The notes beneath the pieces are model-generated. The model saw nothing but the letters and a program-made list of their open reading frames with translations, was not told where the DNA came from and ran no database searches. The translations under genes were made by a program, and so were the position numbers. A DNA stretch of 64,000 nt, from positions 11,844,001 to 11,908,000 of the forward strand of contig NC_045697.1 in NCBI RefSeq assembly GCF_009834535.1, written 5' to 3'. The stretch is from Camelus ferus. Taxonomy: Eukaryota. This document shows positions 36,560 to 49,832 of this stretch, one piece after another (within the stretch, counting starts at the first letter, position 1; each line of letters opens with the position of its first letter).

Positions 36560-36749
36560 ATCTGCAGGAGCGTGTACAGCTGCAGCCTTCCTGAAAGAAT
36601 TTGTGACTCATCCTAAGTGGGCGCATTTAGACATAGCAGGTGTGATGACCAACAAAGATGAGGTTCCATACCTGCGCAAAGGCATGGCTGGGAGGCCCAC
36701 GAGGACCCTGATCGAGTTTCTGCTTCGGTTCAGTCAAGACAGTGCTTAG
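36560..36749 (+). CDS. LAP3: LAP3 exon 13 (coding part, TAG stop)
   Basis: tttag acceptor, SAGACTAAAFLKEFVTHPKWAHLDIAGVMTNKDEVPYLRKGMAGRPTRTLIEFLLRFSQDSA*. The exons sum to 1560 nt (519 aa + stop) if one G is removed from exon 6. Confidence 0.98.
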
Positions 36750-37104
36750 TTCAGGTGCTCTGAAAGTCCTTCATTCTGTCTTAAATGGGCAAGAGAGCTT
36801 CTGAACACTTTTGAAGGAATAGATAAAAATCTTTTAAGGGAAACAAAGGATGGTATTTAAAAACATAGAGCAAAATGAAATTTGTATGCCTTTTTTTTTT
36901 CATTTTATGCAGAGATTTAGAAAGGTAAAGTTAATATCTTGCTTGACAAAGATTTTTAAGATCCTCTATGAAATGATGACTTTTTAAAAGCTACCTAATC
37001 ACTTTTCAGAGTATATGTTTGTAACTGAGGAGCAAAACTGTATTTCAGATTTGTGATGCTGGGAATATGAACAAACTAAAAGTTGCTGTGCAATTGTCAG
37101 AAAC

Positions 37105-37110
37105 AATAAA
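37105..37110 (+). terminator. Candidate LAP3 polyadenylation signal
   Basis: AATAAA ~355 nt after the stop codon, followed by a U/GU-rich stretch. Confidence 0.7.
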
Positions 37111-37304
37111 TCCAACTTTTCTGCACTCTCTGCTGTGGCTCTGGTATTTACTTACATATTACCATAAACCCAGTGATGCTATAATGTAACTTGTCTCTTT
37201 TGGCTATTTTATATGAACGAAGTCATTAAGTTGGGGCACAGTGATACAGGTATTTTCTCAATGTTAATAATTTTGGGGCACTCAGTGATGAGCTTTTGAT
37301 TTTG

Positions 37305-37455
37305 TGAGGCAGGTACTATTATCCTCATATTACAGATGAAAAAATGAAGCACAAGAGAGGGTTAGCAACATGCCAACGATGTCACCAAGCGAGTAAGTGG
37401 GAGAGCAGAAATTTAGGCCCAGGCAGTCTGCCTCCAGAGCTGGCATTCTTAATTG
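37305..37455 (-). mobile_element. MIR (one of many; others near 24.1, 24.7, 29.9, 53.5, 57.4, 59.3 and 63.35 kb)
   Basis: Core aggtactattatcctcatattacagatgaaaaaatgaagcac...cccaggcagtctgcctccagagc. Confidence 0.75.
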
Positions 37456-39899
37456 TTGTAATGCTTTCTTTCAGTTCAGTGACTTGAATGGATGTGGAAT
37501 TTATTTGAAATACTGAAATAAGACCACAAAAGGGACTGTCAATGGGTAAACTATTTGCTTACCACCTGAAACTACAACCAGTAAAAATTCCATTTGTTCA
37601 GATTAAGAAGAAAGCTTTTCCCTTTCCACATTTGTATTGTGTAAATCAAATTACCCACAAATAGGATCTATGTCTTTTTTCTTTTAAGACTTTGAAAACG
37701 TTTGACAGGGAAAGCTCTTTATTGGAGATATTTTTAATATTTAATATTTTAAAAACTTGACATATAAGAGGACATTATGTGCCTAAACTGGCTTATACAG
37801 AAGGAATGGCAATGGATATGCATATCCATGTTATTTATTAGCATTAAAATCAGGCAGGAAGAGTGTGTAAACGCAGGTTCCTCCGGGTAAGCGTATCCTG
37901 AAGCTACTTCGGCAGGAAAGATGGAAATGGAGAGGTGGAACTACCGGCTTGTGAAGGGAAACTAAAAAATTTTAGATTTCTTCTGTGTGAGTCAGAAGAC
38001 TAGGGATTTGACAGAAGGCATTCTATCAAAGACTTTTTATAAATAAAACAACAGTAGAACTCTTGTATTTACTAGAGTGTGGGAAACAAAAGGTATGGGT
38101 TAGCCCTGGATTCTTGGGCCTATCTAATCTGGCTGAGATGAAATTTAGTTGCCATTGCAAGTGTCTGGCTACCAAGTATTCCACAAACGCTTGGCAGATC
38201 CTTAGAACCATGCTCCAGAGGCAGGTGGTACCATCTGCATCTGTCATCAGTGAAGACAAAGCATGGCTTGGAGAGGCATGGCTTTCGAAGAGCACCAAAT
38301 CCAAAACAGTGGTGGATTAGAACACTATACCTGAAATAGGAAATTCAAAATTCAAGCAGCCTCACGGTTCCACTCCACTATTTTTGGGTTCATAAAAGTT
38401 ACATTTTTAATTAAAATATTATTTATGTTAACATATAATGGGCCTATTTTTAAAGTAATATATTTTTAAAATACTCGGTTTTAATAGGCAAATATTTTAC
38501 CTATTTTTTTAATTTGATAGGTAAATATTGCCCGACATACCCCACAAAAACAAAAATATTTGGAGTCCAACAATTTTTTAGGAGTGTGAAGGGGTCCAAA
38601 AAAGTTTGAGACCTGCTGCAGTAACTACTTCCTTCTTGGCATTCCATTTTTGTTCAATTAACAAATATTTATTATGTCTACTTTATGCCAGGCACAGTTC
38701 TGGGTGTTGGGAATACAGGTGAAACAAAACAGGCAAGCACTGATTACACAAAGCTTGTTTTCCAGTTGATGTGTTGTGTGTGTGTGTGTGCAAGGCAACT
38801 TAAGTCAATGAAGAAGAAAAGTAAACAAGATAATTTCAGGTAACTGTTTAAGTATTGTAAAGAAAATCAAACAAACAGGTTGAAGTGGCTGTGAGTGTGG
38901 GTCTAATGAAATTGATGCTGTGCAGGTGACTTCTGATTTGAGATCTGATTGGCAAGGGGAAGACTCTGATTTTTCTCTGCTTCTGCCCTGCCCTGCTGGC
39001 TTTTCTGTAGCTCCTTACATATGCCAGGCAGGTGCCTTCTTCAGCACCCACCCCCCAAACCCGGTCTAGAGAACTTTCCTAAATGAATTTTACTCCAGTC
39101 ACTCCAATGCAGATCTCCTCAGAGAGGCCTCCATCACCCATCTCAAATCCGTCACTAGCCATTCCCTTACTGGACTTCATTATTCTTGGCACTTCTCTCT
39201 ACATGACATTGCTCAGCATATGTATGTGTTTATCCAGCTCTCACAAAACAACAGTAAAATCCCCAAGGGCAGAGACTTAGAAGTGATCGCTGTAACCCTC
39301 AGATCATTAAACAGAGCCTGGGACAGGGAAGGCTCAACAAATGTGGTGGATGATAACTGTAAAATTAAATACGGTGAAAAAAATGTTTAGCTCTGAAAAG
39401 ATGAATAAGCAAGAGTTAAAAAAAAAAAAAAAAGACTAGCATAGTGACTTTCCCTGTGATGTAACCATAAATATCTAAAGCGAATAGTGCCCGGCACAGA
39501 GAGAGAGGGAGCCTCAACAATGTTAATCTTTTTCATTACCTGTCTCTCCCCAGAGAGAATTTAAGGCAAATATTTCCTGTTTATTCCCGCTACACCCACG
39601 GGGACCGGATTAGTGACAGGTACACAGTAAACTCTCAGTAAATGTTTGTGGATGGATGAGTACCTCCCTTCTTCTATCAACGGGAAAACCGAGCCCAGGG
39701 AAAGCGCCAGGGCCCGTCATTTCAACAGTTAAGGGCAAAGGCGGGGCTGGGAATATCCTGACTCCCGCGCGAGGGCTCGCTCCACGGTAGTCGTTGAGTC
39801 TCCTCTCCACACTGCTGTGTCAAACGCTATTAAAGCCTTCAATTGTCAAATTAAGAAAAAAAAAATAATAAAAGCCAGGAGACCTGCGTGTCAGGAAAG

Positions 39900-40290
39900 A
39901 AGAGGGGACGAGATCACCGAATAAGCGGCTTCCTGTGCTGCGCGACAGACGCCTAGGGTCGCGGGGCATCGTCACGTGGCTGGGCATGTCACGTGACCCG
40001 CGCCGCCAGCTCCGCGCAGGCGCAGTGGATCTCTCACCGCCATTTTAGAAATGGCGGCTCCGCTGGGCGGTATGTTCTCCGGGCAGCCACCCGGACCCCC
40101 ACCACCCCCGCCGGGACTCCTAGGCCAGGCTTCGCTTCTTCAGGCCACGCCAGGCGTCCCGAGAACTTCTAACAGTACCTTGGTGGACGAGTTGGAGTCA
40201 TCTTTCGAGGTAAGATGAGACGTTGGCGTCTGGGTTCCCGGGCTCCCTTCTTTCCTGAAACGTACGCTGCGCGTGCGCAGGTATCCCCTT
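39900..40290. promoter_or_regulatory. MED28 CpG-island promoter (ETS-like site, two E-boxes, NRF1-like and YY1-like elements)
   Basis: GTCACGTGGC 39971-39980, GTCACGTGAC 39988-39997, GCGCAGGCGCA 40014-40024, CCGCCATTTT 40037-40046, TGCGCGTGCGCA 40268-40279. Confidence 0.8.
40051..40209 (+). CDS. MED28: Mediator complex subunit 28, exon 1
   Basis: [53 protein letters not shown], gtaaga donor; 159 nt. Confidence 0.97.
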
Positions 40291-42589
40291 CCACAATCAC
40301 TTCACCCGGTTTACAAATGGGGAAATAGGCTCAGACAACGTAAGTCGCTTGCTTTAGTCTCTTTTTTGCGTGGTGGCGGGAGTTCTCTGCTAGTCCGCTG
40401 GCGGAGATGCGTAAACTGATTGGCAGGTGTCCTCCAACTGTGGGACCCTTCTGGGTTCCAGTGGGTTGTTCCTGCCCCACCCCATTCTTGGTCGCATCCC
40501 TGAGTACCCTTTCCCGCGTCCCTGCGTGTTTAGTACGGGCTAATTGTTTCCCGAGCGTAGCCATCCCCTGCTACGTCCCGTATCATTTCCCCTGGGCTCC
40601 ACCCTTAAACTGTCCTAGAGTAATGGGACTTTTGGAACTGAAATGGACTTATTTGAAAGTTACTGTGCGGAAAACGGTACTAAGGGCTGAGGAAGGAGGA
40701 AAGCTGGTGGGTAGGGAGTGAGGCAGAGGTGACCCATATTCAGAGTTCTGCTCAAGCAGTTAACCCTATAGCGAAAAAGACGGAGAATAAGGAGAGGAAA
40801 AATCAGTGCTTCAAAATAGGGTGGCTTCCAGACATCTCTAAAGTGGAAGATGAGCCATTAATGTTTGGAAATAAAATAACTTGTAGTTGGAGTTACCTTC
40901 TCTACATTTCAGATCCTAGTCGTGGAACTTTTATACTGTATATGTGCAGGAAAGAAGGGAGCCTGTATGTATGCACAGTAGTACATAAATAGAGCTTGTA
41001 AGTGAACGCGGTATTGGGGATGCATGGACAAAATGCTTTTGTTGATACGGGGTTACAGTCGAAACTTTGGAGATAACTGATTTAAAAGATACAGAAATAC
41101 GTTCTGCCTGGGAAAAAGATGAGACACCTTTCGGGTGGTGCTAAGCTGTAAAGGAAAGGGACAGGTAACCTTTAGAGCAGCATCTAGCTTTGAGGTGGTG
41201 TGACCCTCGTCAGGAGCGCTTGCTGAAGGACTGGCCCTGTAGAAAGAAGTCTTGGGCAGAGCTGACCAGCGGCCCGCTAATGCTTAAAATCCTTCAGCGG
41301 CTGCCTGTGGCTGTTGCAGTAAGACCAAGAGGCTCTGTCGTGTCTCTAGCTCTGCGTGTTCCAGTCTCTGCACCAGACCCATTTCTTCTTACTCTGGCCA
41401 CAGGAGACTTTTTCTGCACGTGTCCTTTGTTTTCTTTTTTGGCTTCTGGGTCCCTCCTTCAGCTCACCATCACTTCCCCATTGACCCTGCCCTGCCTCTC
41501 TTTGTAGCACTTACACTATACCAGGCTCCATGAAGTCAGAGACCACCTGTTTTGCCTCCTCTCATTGTATCTGTGGTGCTAATCCAGTGGTGGTAGATAG
41601 CAAGTGCTTCATGAATATTTGCCAATCAGTGAAGGAGCCTGTTGTGTGTCAGGCTCTGTCCTGGGCGCTAAGAATATGGAGAAAACAGTGCTGGCCTTCA
41701 GGGAGCACGTGACAGTACGGTGGAGGAAACAGATGGCAGACCGTTGCCATGCTGCGGGATCAGTGCTCTGACACAGGAAACCTGGGATGCTCTGAGAGCA
41801 CATCTGGGCGTGGCTGACAAAGAAGGCTTTCCGGAGAAGGTGAAACCCGAACGGGCATTTGGAATTAGCCAGGTGAAAGGGAGTGGAAGGGGTGCTCCCT
41901 GGATCCCCCACCTGGTCTTCTCTCAAGGCTCAGCTCAAAGCCCATTTTCGTTTCCTGTTTCCTCCCTCATGGTCTGTGTGGACTTCTATTCCATAACCTC
42001 CAGTGGCTCATTTTTCAACCTGCTTCCCCCCTTTTTATTTCTGTTTGGATGCCACCCCTGTGGTGACTAGCTTTCTAGTTGCTCCAGAAGTGATCTTTGA
42101 TGGAAAGTTTGTTGAGATCATGCACTTTCATTGTGGAGGGAACCTTAGAGACCATCTCCTTCTCTCCTGGATGGAGAAACTGAGGCTGAAGAGAGGGAAA
42201 TAACGTGCCCTAAGCCAAACTCTTGCTTTGTGGAAATGAGGACTAGTATTGGGGCCTCCTTACTGTCCAGGCAAAGGCTGTGTCCTGGGCGTACTTCTAA
42301 AAAGCATTTCCTTTTTGTAGACCACCAAGTATTTTCTTCTCCACCCAACTGTTCGGCTAGCTTGTGTATTTTCTATACATTTCTGAATAAATATCTCAAA
42401 AACTCATTTTCACTTCTGTTGCAAATGAAAAGTTTTAAGTCAGAATAGTTACAGTCAAATGGTGCATCATCCAGAACATTGCCCAAAACAGTAATGATAC
42501 AAGTATGTAATGTTTCCTCCCTCTCGTGTACACATACAACTACAACTTAGATATAGTTGAGGTCATCAGTGTCTTGCTAGTCTGGGCGA

Positions 42590-43135
42590 TTTTTTTTATT
42601 TTAATTGAAGTTTAATTGATACACTAGTTTTAGGTGTACAGACTAATGGTTTAATATTTGTGTATATTGCAAAATGATTGCCACAGTTAAGTCTAGTTAA
42701 TATCTGTCACCATACATAGTTAAAAAGGATTTTAACTGTGCTGTACATTACATCTTTTGACTTATTTATAACTGGAAGTTTGTACCTTTTGGCACCCTTC
42801 ACCCACTTCACCCACCCCATCTTCTGCCTCTGGCAACCACCACCGTGTTCTGCTCATCTTTGAGCTTGTTTTTGTTTTGTTTTAAGGTCCACATTTAAGT
42901 ACGATCATATAGTATTTGACTTACACCCTCAAGGTCCATCCATGTTGCAAATGGCAAGATTTCATTCTCTTTTTAATGGCTAAATAATACTCTGTTGTAT
43001 ATATATACCACAACTGCTTTATCCATTCATCCATTGATGGACACTTAGGTTGTTTCCGTATACCTTGACTATTGTGAATAATACTGCAATGAACGTGGGG
43101 GTGCAGAAATCTTTTCAAGTTAGTGTTTTTATTTT
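42590..43135 (-). mobile_element. L1 3' end (L1MA-like) in MED28 intron 1
   Basis: tccattcatccattgatggacacttaggttgtttcc motif, with a T-rich tail at 42590. Confidence 0.85.
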
Positions 43136-44393
43136 TTTCAGCTGAGTATCATTCATATATATTTATTTTATTTATTTGTTTATTTATTTACTAATTAAAG
43201 AGGGGAAGAAGGAACTAATTCTGAAATCAGGTTTCCTCCCACCCTGTCTGGTGGCCCTGCTGGTTCTGGGGGAGCAGCCCCAGCTTTCTTTGCCAGTTTG
43301 TGACTGGTTGGCTTTCTGGATGAGATGTTTTCAAGGAGCCACCGGTTTCACAATGCAGGTGTACCCCACCTACATGTCAGATCCAACAGGAGTCACCTTT
43401 CAAAGTAATACACAGAATGGGCAGTCTTTTTTGACTTCTTGACTGTTACAGGATTTCTTCAGGGGAAATCCTTTGATTTTTTTTTTTTCTTTGTAGATCA
43501 GATGGGGGCAACTGCAGGCAGGAGAAGGGCCTTTTTCACATCTGATTGATGGCCTGAATTTGGGCCTAAACTTGCCTGCCTCACACCAAATGTAGTTTGC
43601 TTACTAGCAGGTCTGTGCTTTCCTGAGGTTTGAGGTTTCCTTTCTGAGTCCTGCTCCCCAGCTCCCATCTGGCTCTCTTTCTGGCCCTGCTGCCCTGCAG
43701 TAGCCCTCCTTTGTGCATTTCCTGAGAGTTGCCCATGCACAGAACTCCTTGGCTGAATCCCTCTTTGGGACTCATTTGTCTGTGTGACACCACCTTCTCT
43801 TAGGCCATCCAGTCAGTCATGAACATGTGTTGAGCATTCACTTTGTGCCAAGCAAAAAGACAGGCAAAATTCCCACCTGCTAGTAGGGGACAGCTAACAG
43901 TGTGGACTGAAAGAATGGCACGATGTCAGTTAATTGAGTGAAAAACAATAAAACAGGGCTTGAGGATAGAGCATGAGCAGGAAGAGTGCCATTTAGACAG
44001 AGTAGACAGGGATGGCCTCGAGGAGGTGACGATTGACCCGAGTCCTGACTGGGTGATACAGGTCATCAGAGGGAGGGGCTGCGGATGGGACTGGAACGGA
44101 GATCCAGGCCTTGGTGAGACAGTGGGGGCAGGAGCAGCAGTAGGAGAGACCAGATTTGGGGGACAGGCAGCAAATACCGGCTGCCTATTGGCCGGCTCTC
44201 CCTCTGTGGGCCTAATGGGCTCAATTTACCAAGTTTCTTCAGTGACATAATGTCACTAATTAAGAGGGGAATGCAAACCCAGGAGCTGTCAACTTACTGA
44301 GTGACATCAAGAGAAGTTATTTCTTGCTCTGAAGTAAGAGTCTTGATGTGTGAATGACATTTTTTTCTTTTGTGATATGTTTTGATCACACAG

Positions 44394-44460
44394 GCTTGTT
44401 TTGCTTCTCTGGTGAGTCAAGACTATGTCAATGGTACAGATCAGGAAGAGATCCGAACTG
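44394..44460 (+). CDS. MED28: MED28 exon 2
   Basis: cacag acceptor, [22 protein letters not shown], gtaaga donor; 67 nt. Confidence 0.96.
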
Positions 44461-45105
44461 GTAAGAATTCCTTCTTTGGAGACAATGTTCTTGCCTTCAG
44501 CAAGATTCCTCATTGCTCATTTGACACTTGATGTGTTTCATTCCCGCTGGTATCCTAAGAGAACTTTTCCAGGGAATAAGATTTATGTAGTCAATCTATA
44601 TACTCCTGGTTCTTTGTTCAGTTTATAAACTAAGATGTTATGTCACTCACCATGAGCCACTTACAGTGAGCTTTTCACATCTGTACCAGAACAAAGACCA
44701 GTAGTGTATGCTGCTTTTTAAAACGCTAAGGTTTGTGCTTCCCCCTCTTAACGCATCCAAGTTCTCTCCCCAGAGATGCTTCTGGTTGCTTTGTACTGTG
44801 TTTTAAATGTTCCGTTTTAACTGGAAATCATGATGCTAATTGCTGAATCTCTGGATTGTCTTTCTTCAGAAGAACTTTTGTATTGCTGTTAGTTCTCTTA
44901 TTCACCTGATAAAAGCACAGATTATCAGCTGTTTAATGTTGTTTAACACATAGAGGTTGGGGGTCAGTATTATTGAGGGAAGGATTAAAATCCCAGATTA
45001 TATCTATGAGAATGTGCTGTTTTGATATTCTGACTGTTCATTTATGAGGGAGATATATGTGTCTAGTGTTTTTCTTTATTTAATATTTTGATCTTTTTTT
45101 CTAAG

Positions 45106-45218
45106 GTGTTGATCAGTGTATCCAGAAATTTCTAGATATTGCAAGACAGACAGAATGTTTTTTCCTACAAAAAAGGTTGCAGTTATCTGTCCAGAAACCA
45201 GAGCAAGTTATCAAAGAG
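45106..45218 (+). CDS. MED28: MED28 exon 3
   Basis: ctaag acceptor, [37 protein letters not shown], gtacga donor; 113 nt. Confidence 0.96.
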
Positions 45219-46529
45219 GTACGAGCTCGGTTTTCCCCCCCAACTTTTAAGGAAGAGCAGATGTCAGAATCCCAGTCATGCTTCAGCTGAGAGGCTGCAT
45301 TTGCCCACTAGGTGTAGCGGGGCTTTGTGGCTTGAGTGTGAGGTGGTGTTGCTTGTCCGTGTTCATGACAACCTGGGCAGGTAGTGGAGCTGGGTGGTAG
45401 GGGTGGAAAGCGGGGCTTCAAACAAGCAGCTGGCTGCCCTTGTTTCATACACTGGCTTTCATGGAAGATTTTTCTTTTAAACAAAAAAGGTTCTACTGCT
45501 TGAAAAGATGTGAAAAGCCATTGAATGTAGATGGTAAGCTCATTTTGGACAGGAACTGATCTGCATGTCCCTGGTGCTTTACACACAGGAAGGACTCTGG
45601 CAAATTTTGTTCAAGAAGTCAAAAAGTAAACGTTCTGTCTCAGAGTTCTTGAAACTCTGGATTTCATTTATCACAGTTGTTTGAAACCGGGGTATTTGGA
45701 AGTGTGTTGGGGTAGCCAGTAATGGCATTAGGGGGTTGGGCCAGGGCCTGCCCCTTGCAGTGTGGAAGACGGAAGTCTCTTCCTGCCCCAAAACTCCAGT
45801 GATGACCCCAGTGAGAAACACTTAAGTTGGGATGATTGGGTTGTGTGGTTTTGTTTTTTTTTTTTTTTTTTTTTTTTTTTGCAGTTTTGAAGTAACTGTT
45901 CTCACAATCTGAGTAATTAGTCAAAAATGTTCTTTTTATTCATTGATACCAGCTGTTGAGAAGGTGCTGCTCTTACAGGTCACCATAGCAGATCATTTCC
46001 TGCTTTGAATACCTGAGTAATGATCTAGGTGTGTTCAAGGGTGGTCTTAATACAGAATTTTAATATTGGTGTTCATGAAAAAACTCATTAAAATGAGGTT
46101 TTAGCACTTTATAAACTGAAGTGCTAGAACAGTGGTTGTAGAGTCTTTTAAACAGTTAACATGTGTTTCAGATTGTCAGTGTTTTAGATTCTCAGCAGTC
46201 ACCTTTGAACAGAGATACTGGGGGTCTGGGGACCAGGATGGGAAAGAGACTGGTTTCTTTTTGGCTACACTTGGGGACTTTGGAATTTTGTAACTTGTGT
46301 ATGAATTATTAAAAGAAAGTGGATTAAAAATAAAAACTCAGTGTTAAGCAGCCACCTTTCATGGGAAGAGTTGCTTTGGGTTATTCATATTATGCAGCCA
46401 AACAGTTAATGGGCTTGGTATGGTTTAGTTGAGTCTTTGTTTTGAATTTACTTCTTAATGCTCTTAACTAATCAGGAACTGTGTTCATTCTTCATGAGTT
46501 TTGTCTGACTTCATTGCTTTCATTTGTAG

Positions 46530-46727
46530 GATGTCTCAGAATTAAGGAACGAATTACAGCGGAAGGATGCTCTGGTCCAGAAGCACTTAACAAAACTGAG
46601 GCATTGGCAGCAGGTGCTGGAGGACATCAATGTGCAGCACAAAAAGCCAGCCGAAATCCCTCAGGGATCCCTGGCCTACCTCGAGCAGGCGTCTGCAAAC
46701 ATCCCTGCACCAGTGAAGCAGACCTGA
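46530..46727 (+). CDS. MED28: MED28 exon 4 (coding part, TGA stop)
   Basis: tgtag acceptor, [65 protein letters not shown]. Total CDS is 537 nt = 178 aa + stop. Confidence 0.97.
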   Translation, partial: DVSELRNELQRKDALVQKHLTKLRHWQQVLEDINVQHKKPAEIPQGSLAYLEQASANIPAPVKQT

Positions 46728-48383
46728 GGAAAAGCCAGCCAGAGAGTGAGCTGGCAGATGAGTCAGCCCAGACACGGTTTTGCCAGACATCAGTTCTTGT
46801 AGACATGACATGTGGGGAGAGCTCTGCCAGAGAATGGGGTGATTTCAGTTTTATGCTCCCACCTAAAATTTTCCCCTATTTTTATAAGCGTTATTTCTCA
46901 AGTACTTTATAAAATATGTGTTGCTTTGGTAAAACCAAGTATATTGTTTTGACTTTAGCAAAGTTTAGGCTGTTAAAGTGATGCCACTTACATATTCCTT
47001 TTTATGTTAATTTACCCTTCAGTGGCAGTATGTAAAAATACGTAAGTTTGCTGTTTCAATACTTTGAACTACCTCAAGAAGAGGAATCTAATGTAACAAT
47101 GTTTGTAATGCTTCCAGAGCCTCAGAATGATACTTTGTAAATAGGTTAGTGTAGTGTTACCATGCCACAGTGAGTGCTGTGGTGATCCAGTAGTGCCCTT
47201 AGGTCGATGTTGACTTTTGTTTGGGCTAAGTTTGTATTTGTGTAGTGTTTATTTACTTTGAGGGGAGGGGCATGGTAGGAGCAGCGACATGCTTAATTGT
47301 GTACATTGTGTAGTAATGAGTCGATTTAAGGAACGGGGCAGACCCTGTTCTCAGTAGCATGACAGCTGGGGCACAAGTGAAATATGAGGGTTAAAGCTGG
47401 CTGTGATCATCTCTGAGTTTTGAGTTTTGCTTTGTGTTTTTAGAGCATAACTTTCCATTGAGGGAGGTTCTTGCTAATGAATGGTGTCGATTCCAAGGGA
47501 CTGGGGCCCTTGGGGGTGGGAGGGTGGGCTGCAGGGTGGCCTTGGGGACTTCCATGTAGAGCATGTAGAGCCTCAGTGTTTGGGAAGATAGTTTACCCTC
47601 TTGTTGGTCATACAGGCCACCTCGGATTTTCTCTTGAACTGCTGTTGAAAAATACAGACCAGCATTGTGTCTGGCCCTCATTGGATGAGGATTTCCTTTC
47701 TCTGCTGTTTGCAATCTCTTATTAGATTACATCCCTTCACCCTAAACTAGTACTCCACTGTCTTCTGAACAGGCAGTAGTTCTGTGACTCGATGTCTTGG
47801 CTCCCTTTATTTTCTCCAGCTTTGGAGAACCGTCCCCACACGCCTTGACATCCACTCAAGTTCCCATCTGGCCTGGACGTCACGGAGTCTGCAGCCTCCA
47901 AAGGCCCTCTCCATTGCATGCCCAGGGCACAGGACTTCTTGTCCTTTTACCAGCCTTGCTTGGCTTTCCCTCTGGGGTTAGTGATTGTATCTGCCTCTGT
48001 TCCTCTTGAGAAGTAGGCATTATTCCCATCTGAATATACAGGGGGGATTATTTATCTTTTATACATGATACTTATTACTCATTTCTGTGTGTATGTGTTA
48101 TGGTACACAGCCTGAAGCCAACAAATCCCCTCATTCAGAATGTTACAGTTTAAACAAAGCTTTTAAAAGTTGTTTTTAATCACATTAATATTTGAAAGTT
48201 GTTAATTTGGTCATCTCATGCCAATCGCTTTGGGTTTCTTGATTCAAAACATAAACTAAACTGAGTTTTAGGCATCCTTTCGATAGTGAAGAGGTTCTTG
48301 ATAAAAAGTTGGGGAACTGTTCTATTTGATGCTTAGTAAAAATATTTTGAACTAATGTATGTACCAGTTATTGCCATTTATTT

Positions 48384-48413
48384 ATTAAATTCAAGAGTTT
48401 TCTGTCAAATAAA
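48384..48413 (+). terminator. Candidate MED28 polyadenylation signals
   Basis: ATTAAA 48384-48389 and AATAAA 48408-48413 at the end of an AU-rich, UTR-like region, followed by a U-rich tract. Confidence 0.45.
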
Positions 48414-49338
48414 TAACTATTTCAATCTTGTCTATAAATATCTTTTTCCTTTTTAGTGCCATCTTGCTGGTTGGTGAACATAGAAAACCCTCTGGGCTGC
48501 TGTCTCCTTCAAGGAGAAAATAAACTAGCCATCAGCTGGGATTGCCCTTGCCTTCCCTCTGGGAGTGACACACCCCACATCTGCAGGGCATCTTACTTCC
48601 CCTTCCTGTTCCATCTGCTGAAGTGCTTACTCTGTATAAGGCCAACCTTCCTGCAAGTGACCTGGGTCTAGGCCAGTCGCCTTCTCTAGGGCTTAACCCC
48701 CTGGGGGATCTTTGCTCCCCACGTCACAGTCTGCAGGTCACTCCCTACAGCCCACAAGCATTCTTGACCCCTGGTTTTCAGCGTTTCCTGCGATGTTCCC
48801 TGCCCCTCATTCACAGTCTCCGGCTCCCCTGCTCCCCTCCCCTCCCCCTCCAGGCTTGTGATGTGTGACTCCACGGCTCCGACTGCTTGTGACAGTTACA
48901 GCCCCTTTGCTGTGACACTTCATCATCTTTATTGGAACTCATTCTCTTTAACACGTCTTCCCTTTTCTCCTTCCTCTTCTGCCCAACCTCCAAACGTTGA
49001 CATTCCTGAGGGCTTGGTCCGGGGTTTCTGGAGGCCATGACAAGACCCCTGCTTGGTTCTCCCTTGGAGAGAGACACCGCGGGGAGCGCATTTACCCAAA
49101 GCTTCTGCCTTGGGGGATCCGCCTGCAGCGTTCTCACGGAGGCCGTGCTCTCCCTGGGTGTGACCCAGCACAGTCTTCCCAAATCTTCCTCGGCCCTCTC
49201 TTCACAGGTGTCAACTGTGCATCTAAGTCTGAAGGCTCTTCCTCCTCTGCTTCTTCCCTTTATTCAAAACAGGTGTTTCCCCTGAGAAGGGGGCAACCTG
49301 TCCTTGACATTGGACGCTGACCTGGTGCTGCTGCGGCA

Positions 49339-49832
49339 TGTTACTTTGAATAGCCATAAAGTGTCTCGGGATACCAACCTCCTAGGGAAAGTTGCTCCGA
49401 GACCATGATAAAGGGAGACAAAACAAAACCACTTCACAATTTTAAGCACAGGAAAAAAACAAGGTCACTCTGCCACCTCCAGACATCAGACATCCTCCTG
49501 GCTAAAATAAGTGACCGACCCCTCCCCCTTTCTTTCCTTTTTAAATGACCGTTTATAGCTTTATGTCTGGTCTGCCCTCTCTACAGATAGGACTTAAGAA
49601 ACCCAGTCAGAATTGCTTCTGCTCTCTGACAGCATCTGATCTAGCATGACTCTCCCTTCTTTAGACTCTGCTTGAGATCGCCTGATCAATGCCGAAATCT
49701 TACAGTAGGTTCTAACACCCTCTTCCCGAGGAGCCCCACCATGCTTGATGATGAACACTCTCCCCTTCTCTCTCCAACAAGTAATAAACCCAACTTGTTT
49801 AACTCCAGGGGGGTTTCTGGTGCTTTCTGCAT
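49339..49832 (+). mobile_element. Probable solo LTR (ERV-type, family not assigned)
   Basis: Starts TGTTAC, has AATAAA followed by cccaacttgtttaact near the 3' end; ~500 bp LTR-like layout. Confidence 0.5.
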
